Source: Enterobacter phage CC31
DNA length: 64,000 nt
Sequence record: NC_014662.1
Strand: one strand, 5' to 3'
The notes under the pieces: model-generated
What the model saw: only the letters and a program-made list of their open reading frames with translations
Told to the model about the DNA's origin: nothing
The model's database searches: none
Shown here: one piece after another, positions 57,049-64,000 of the stretch
Layout of the letters: the number at the start of each line of letters is the position of its first letter
How positions within the stretch are numbered: the first letter of the stretch is position 1
Position numbers and translations under genes: made by a program

Positions 57049-58461
57049 ATGTCAACTATTGATTTAACTCCCCTTCCTTACGTCAACGGCCTTCCGGATG
57101 AAGGCCAATCTCGTGTAAACTGGATTAAAAATGGCGAGGAATTAACAGGAGCATCCACCAAGAATGGTGTAGACGGTAATTTGAACCGTGGACCTGTGCA
57201 GGTTCAACAAAACGTGGAAGTGCTCGACGGGAATATCGTAGTTGTCCGTGATTCTCTTGAGCAATCAAACGTAAGAATTAAGAATGTCGAGGATGCCCTA
57301 GGGGTCATTGGGGATGTAGATGTTGTCAAACAAATAGGTATTAACACAGCCGCAATTAAAGTTCTCCAGACTGACACAGGGGAACTTAAAACTACATCCG
57401 AGGACCACGGCTTACGTATTACTCACATTGAAGAAGATGTCGGTGAGTACGACCCATCTCGTGATTCGGTTTATCGTCCAGTTCGTGAAGATTTGCTTTG
57501 GATTAAAACTGAATTAGGTGCTTATCCAGGACAAGACATTAATGGTATGTCAGTACCAATGGCTCCTGGCCGCGGCTTAAAGAAAAGAGTCATTGATACC
57601 GCAAAAGCAACCAATGATAACTCAGTAAGAATCACAGAACTTGAAAAACAATTCAGCGATTCTGATGTTGGCGCTCTTACTATTGAAGTTCAGCGTCTTC
57701 GTGAAGAAATGGGTCCAAGAGCTTCAGCCGGGATTGATAGCGTTTATATCCGTTTGAACAAAATGGGTAATTCTATTGGAAGCTTAGCTTCTGATATGGA
57801 AAACGTTCTTGATTCTATCGGTTATACAAATGGCGTTACAAACCTTTATCAAAAGGTAGTAATTAACGAAAACGGTATCACTGAAATAAACCGTAAGCTG
57901 AGTGACCAGACTGTTGGTTTAATTCCTCGTGTAGATTTAATCGAATCTGCAATTGGTAAAGATTCTCAACCATCGACCATCAATGGTAGAATTAAAATCA
58001 ACTCAAATGAAATCACTGCTCTTAAATCTATCGTTGGTGCTGATACTTCATCAGGTCTTCGTGGACAAGTAGCTTGGATTAATCAGGTCGTTGGTATTAC
58101 CGAAAGTGGTCAGCCAGCTCCAACGAATTCTTTAATTGGCCAAATCAATACCTTAACTACTATGCAAAATCAGATGGCGAATACCATCCAAGATATTCAG
58201 GTAGATATTGGTAACAATAACGAAGGTTTGAAAGGGCAAGTAATTCGTTTAAATAGTATTGTTATGGGTACAAACCCTAATGGCTCTACTGTTGAAGAAA
58301 GAGGGTTGTTATCAACTGTTAAAACTCATGACACTGATATCGCATCTATTAAATTAGCTCAAAATAATTTCATCTCAGAAGCACCAAAAGATGGAAAAGC
58401 ATACGTTCGTAAAGACGGAGCTTGGGTTGATTTAGACACCATTCTTAATCCTACTCCATAA
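57049..58461 (+). CDS. wac: fibritin (whisker antigen control, wac)
   Basis: Track ORF trimmed to ATG 57049 (MSTIDLTPLPYVNGLPDEGQSRVNWIKNGEE matches T4 fibritin N-terminus); C-terminal foldon-like ...GKAYVRKDGAWV. Confidence 0.93.
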   Translation: MSTIDLTPLPYVNGLPDEGQSRVNWIKNGEELTGASTKNGVDGNLNRGPVQVQQNVEVLDGNIVVVRDSLEQSNVRIKNVEDALGVIGDVDVVKQIGINTAAIKVLQTDTGELKTTSEDHGLRITHIEEDVGEYDPSRDSVYRPVREDLLWIKTELGAYPGQDINGMSVPMAPGRGLKKRVIDTAKATNDNSVRITELEKQFSDSDVGALTIEVQRLREEMGPRASAGIDSVYIRLNKMGNSIGSLASDMENVLDSIGYTNGVTNLYQKVVINENGITEINRKLSDQTVGLIPRVDLIESAIGKDSQPSTINGRIKINSNEITALKSIVGADTSSGLRGQVAWINQVVGITESGQPAPTNSLIGQINTLTTMQNQMANTIQDIQVDIGNNNEGLKGQVIRLNSIVMGTNPNGSTVEERGLLSTVKTHDTDIASIKLAQNNFISEAPKDGKAYVRKDGAWVDLDTILNPTP

Positions 58462-58462
58462 T

Positions 58463-58481
58463 AAAGGGCCTTCGGGCCCTT
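58463..58481 (+). terminator. hairpin terminator after wac
   Basis: GGGCC-TTCG-GGCCC directly after wac stop; weak T tract. Confidence 0.5.
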
Positions 58482-58491
58482 AGAGGTTTAT

Positions 58492-59430
58492 ATGGCCGCA
58501 AATACCGCACGAAATCCAAAAGAACTTAAAGACGTTATTCTGCGTCGCCTTGGTGCACCAATCATTAACGTCGAATTAACCGAAGATATGATTTATGATT
58601 GTATCCAACGAGCTTTAGAGCTATTCGGTGAATATCATTATGACGGCTTAAATAAAGGCTATCAAGTAATTCATATTGGCGATGACGAAATTGGTTGTGG
58701 TCAATTCAAAAACGGTGTGTTTGATTTTTCAGACCGTAACATTTTCGCAGTAACACAGATTGTTCGTACTAACGTTGGTTCATTAACGAGTATGGACGGT
58801 AATGCTACCTATCCATGGTTCACCGACTTCCTTTTGGGAATGGCTGGAATTAATGGTGGTATGGGTAGCTCTTGTAATAAAGCTTATGGACCAAATGCAT
58901 TTGGTGCTGACCTTGGCTATTTTACTCAGCTAACAACTTATTGGTCAATGATGCAAGATATGCTTGCTCCGTTGCCTGATTTCTGGTTCAACGACGCTAC
59001 TGGCCAACTCAAAATAATGGGTAACTTCCAGTTAGGTGACGTAATTGTAGTTGAATGCTGGACTAAATCTTATATTGATGTGGATAAAATGGTTGGAAAC
59101 ACTGCAGGATATGGAACAGCAGGCCCAGAAACATCTTGGACTCTTCCTGATGTGTATGATAATCCAGATAAACGCTTAACTGGTTACAGAGCTGGTGAAG
59201 AACTTTCAATTGTTCAAGGCTCTTATAACAACCGTTGGGTGAAAGATTATGCTCATATTCTGGCCAAAGAATTACTTGGCCAAGTATTAGCTCGTCACCA
59301 AGGTATGCAGCTTCCAGGCGGAGTCACATTAAATGGTGAACGTTTAATTGAAGAAGCTCGATTAGAAAAAGAATATGCTTTAGAACAGCTTTATTTACTT
59401 GACCCTCCAACAGGAGTACTTGTAGGATGA
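58492..59430 (+). CDS. 13: gp13 neck protein
   Basis: 312 aa, synteny and size. Confidence 0.88.
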   Translation: MAANTARNPKELKDVILRRLGAPIINVELTEDMIYDCIQRALELFGEYHYDGLNKGYQVIHIGDDEIGCGQFKNGVFDFSDRNIFAVTQIVRTNVGSLTSMDGNATYPWFTDFLLGMAGINGGMGSSCNKAYGPNAFGADLGYFTQLTTYWSMMQDMLAPLPDFWFNDATGQLKIMGNFQLGDVIVVECWTKSYIDVDKMVGNTAGYGTAGPETSWTLPDVYDNPDKRLTGYRAGEELSIVQGSYNNRWVKDYAHILAKELLGQVLARHQGMQLPGGVTLNGERLIEEARLEKEYALEQLYLLDPPTGVLVG

Positions 59431-60227
59431 TGAATAAAAATTTGTTCGCGAAGCTCGAGAACAAATCAGGTTATTCACGCACTAATGAAGAGGAAGTTCT
59501 TAATCCATATGTGAACTTCCACAATCATTTTAACACCCAAGCTCTGTTTGATACTCTTGTGGCTGAAAGTATTCAAATGCGTGGGGTTAAATGTTATTAC
59601 GTTCCCCGTGAATATGTAAAACCTGATTATGTCTTTGGTGAAGACCTTCAGTCCAAGTTCACTAAAGCTTGGCAATTTGCAGCTTACATTAACTCATTTG
59701 AGGGTTATGAAGGAGCAAATACATTTTATAGTAAGTTCGGAATGCAAGTTAATGATGAAGTTACTTTGTCAATTAACCCGGGCCTCTTTAAGCATCAAGT
59801 AAATGGACAAGAACCAAAGGAAGGAGACTTAATTTACTTCCCGATGGACAATAGCTTGTTTGAAATTTCTTGGGTAGAGCCGTATGACCCGTTCTATCAA
59901 GCTGGACGAAATGCTATTCGTAAGATTACAGCAGAGAAATTCATTTATTCTGGTGAGCAGCTTAAACCTGAGCTTCAGCGTAATGATGGAATTAACATTC
60001 CTGAATTCAGTGAGCTTGATTTAGACCCTATTCATGAATTAGATGGTCTTTCTGATATCAATGAAGTTCCGTATCAGGAAGTAGACCAAATGAATGATGA
60101 AGCTGATAAAGACGTTAAGCAATATGAAGTCGTTAATGGTACCGGTTCACCTAAGGTAGAACCACCAAGAAACAGACCACCAGCTAATCATGTAGCATCT
60201 CCGTTTGATGATGGTTTTATGCTATAA
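59427..60227 (+). CDS. 14: gp14 neck protein
   Basis: 266 aa, synteny. Confidence 0.88.
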   Translation: MMNKNLFAKLENKSGYSRTNEEEVLNPYVNFHNHFNTQALFDTLVAESIQMRGVKCYYVPREYVKPDYVFGEDLQSKFTKAWQFAAYINSFEGYEGANTFYSKFGMQVNDEVTLSINPGLFKHQVNGQEPKEGDLIYFPMDNSLFEISWVEPYDPFYQAGRNAIRKITAEKFIYSGEQLKPELQRNDGINIPEFSELDLDPIHELDGLSDINEVPYQEVDQMNDEADKDVKQYEVVNGTGSPKVEPPRNRPPANHVASPFDDGFML

Positions 60228-60230
60228 ATA
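60223..60230 (+). promoter_or_regulatory. T4-type late promoter TATAAATA for gene 15
   Basis: Exact TATAAATA overlapping gp14 stop, 43 nt upstream of gp15 ATG; leader contains CGGCTC-TTCG-GAGCCG hairpin (60245-60260). Confidence 0.6.
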
Positions 60231-60272
60231 GTTAAAAGCATATACGGCTCTTCGGAGCCGTTAGGAGAAACA

Positions 60273-61102
60273 ATGTTCGGATATTTTTATAACTCGTCTT
60301 TGCGCAGATACATCCTAATGCTGGGTGACTTGTTCTCCAATATTCAAGTTCAAAGAGTGCGCGAAGACATAGGCAAGACATACATCAGAGTTCCAATTAC
60401 TTACGCTTCCAAAGAACATTTTATGATGAAGCTGAATAAATGGACTTCTGTTAATAATGAAGATGGTCCTGCGAAAGTAGAGACAATTCTTCCACGTATC
60501 AACCTCCATTTAGTTGATATGATGTACAACCCAACTTATAAGACTGGGCAACTTAATCGTTCAGCAATGAGCAATCCTAATTCGAAGACTGGGACTATTT
60601 CTCAATACAACCCAACTCCGATTAAAATGATTTTTGAGCTTGGAATTTTTACTCGTCACCAGGACGATATGTTTCAAATTGTAGAGCAAATTATGCCCTA
60701 CTTCCAACCTCATTTTAACACCACAATGACTGAACTATTCGAAAACGAAATTACATTTGAAAGAGATATAAGAATAACTTTCCAATCAATTTCAATTGAT
60801 GAACAAATTGAAGGCGAGAAACAATCTCGCAGACGTTTAGAATGGGCTATAATGTTTGAAGTAAATGGATGGCTTTATCCTCCAGCTTTCGATTTAAGTG
60901 GTGAAATCCGTACAATTTATCTTGATTTCCATGCTAATAGTCGTGAATTGGTAAATGAAGGTGTATTTGAATCTGTAGATTCTGAAGTAGACCCACGCGA
61001 TGTTGAAATTCAAGATTGGGACGGAAAATCTATTCAGAAATATGATAGCGATTCAACTCCAATTCCAAAAGAGCCTGAACCGCCTGGACCACGAGGTGTA
61101 TA

Positions 61103-61103
<1 letters not shown>
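60273..61103 (+). CDS. 15: gp15 tail sheath stabilizer / tail completion protein
   Basis: 276 aa, synteny. Confidence 0.88.
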
Positions 61104-63419
<2,316 letters not shown>

Positions 63420-63449
63420 TACTAAAGCACACATGTAGAGGAATTCTTA

Positions 63450-64000
63450 ATGGCTTTATTATCTCCGGGCGTTGAGCTCAAAGAAACTAGTGTACAAAGC
63501 ACTATTGTTAATAATGCTACTGGGCGTGCGGCTCTTGCTGGTAAATTCCAGTGGGGCCCGGTTGGTCAAGTTGTTCAGGTGACTAACGAAGTCGAATTAG
63601 TCGATATTTTCGGCACTCCAGATAGCCAAACTGCTGACTACTTTATGTCCGCAATGAACTTCCTGCAATATGGTAATGACCTTCGTATTTCACGTGCAGT
63701 AAACCGTGAAGTTGCGAAAAACTCATCTCCTATCGCAGGAAACGTTCAAATCACTATTTCAGCAGCTGGTTCAAACTATGCTGTAGGTGATACTGTTCGC
63801 GTAAAATACAACGTTAATATCATCGAATCTGCTGGTAAAGTAACTCAGGTTGATGGTAATGGCGGTATTTTAGCTGTTTCAGTACCAAGCGCAAAAATTA
63901 TTGCATACGCGAAATCAATTAATCAATATCCAGATTTAGGTTCAAACTGGACTGCTGAAGTTACTTCCGCATCTTCTGGTGTAGCAGCAACTCTGGCTGT
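63450..64000 (+). CDS. 18: gp18 tail sheath protein, N-terminal part (continues beyond window)
   Basis: ATG at 63450 with GAGGAA RBS; MALLSPGVELKETSVQSTIVNNATGRAALAGKFQWGP matches T4 gp18 N-terminus. Confidence 0.9.
   Translation, partial: MALLSPGVELKETSVQSTIVNNATGRAALAGKFQWGPVGQVVQVTNEVELVDIFGTPDSQTADYFMSAMNFLQYGNDLRISRAVNREVAKNSSPIAGNVQITISAAGSNYAVGDTVRVKYNVNIIESAGKVTQVDGNGGILAVSVPSAKIIAYAKSINQYPDLGSNWTAEVTSASSGVAATLA

Overview
This window reads as a contiguous segment of a T4-like (T-even type) myovirus genome, with gene order closely matching phage T4 from gene 46 through gene 18. Positions 1-42839 are almost entirely minus-strand early and middle genes: 46/47 recombination nuclease, late sigma factor gp55, anaerobic ribonucleotide reductase genes nrdH/nrdG/nrdD, endonuclease VII, nrdC, a roughly 15 kb hypervariable block of small accessory ORFs, rI, tk, regB, denV, three internal-protein genes, lysozyme e, nudE, an 8-tRNA cluster, 57B (Acb1-like), 57A, and genes 1, 3, 2 and 4. 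A divergent late-promoter region at about 42840-42888 separates these from plus-strand late structural genes: baseplate 53, 5, 5.1, 5.4, 6-12, fibritin wac, neck 13/14, 15, terminase 16/17 and the start of tail sheath 18. No CRISPR array, integrase, transposase, homing endonuclease or nrdD intron is visible, and the T4 alpha-glucosyltransferase gene is absent between 47 and 55. The most interesting unexplained content is in the accessory block: a translationally coupled operon with a Pol-beta-type nucleotidyltransferase and a small membrane protein, a host-like GrcA glycyl-radical spare-part gene, a macro-domain gene followed by three exported proteins, a tandem array of four paralogous membrane proteins, and a recurring early-promoter motif whose -10 sits in dyad symmetry. 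All calls rest on reading the sequence and ORF track and on recalled family motifs; no database search was run. CDS coordinates follow the ORF track (stop codon included), several starts were trimmed where the track began at TTG/GTG, and RNA and regulatory coordinates are approximate to a few nt.
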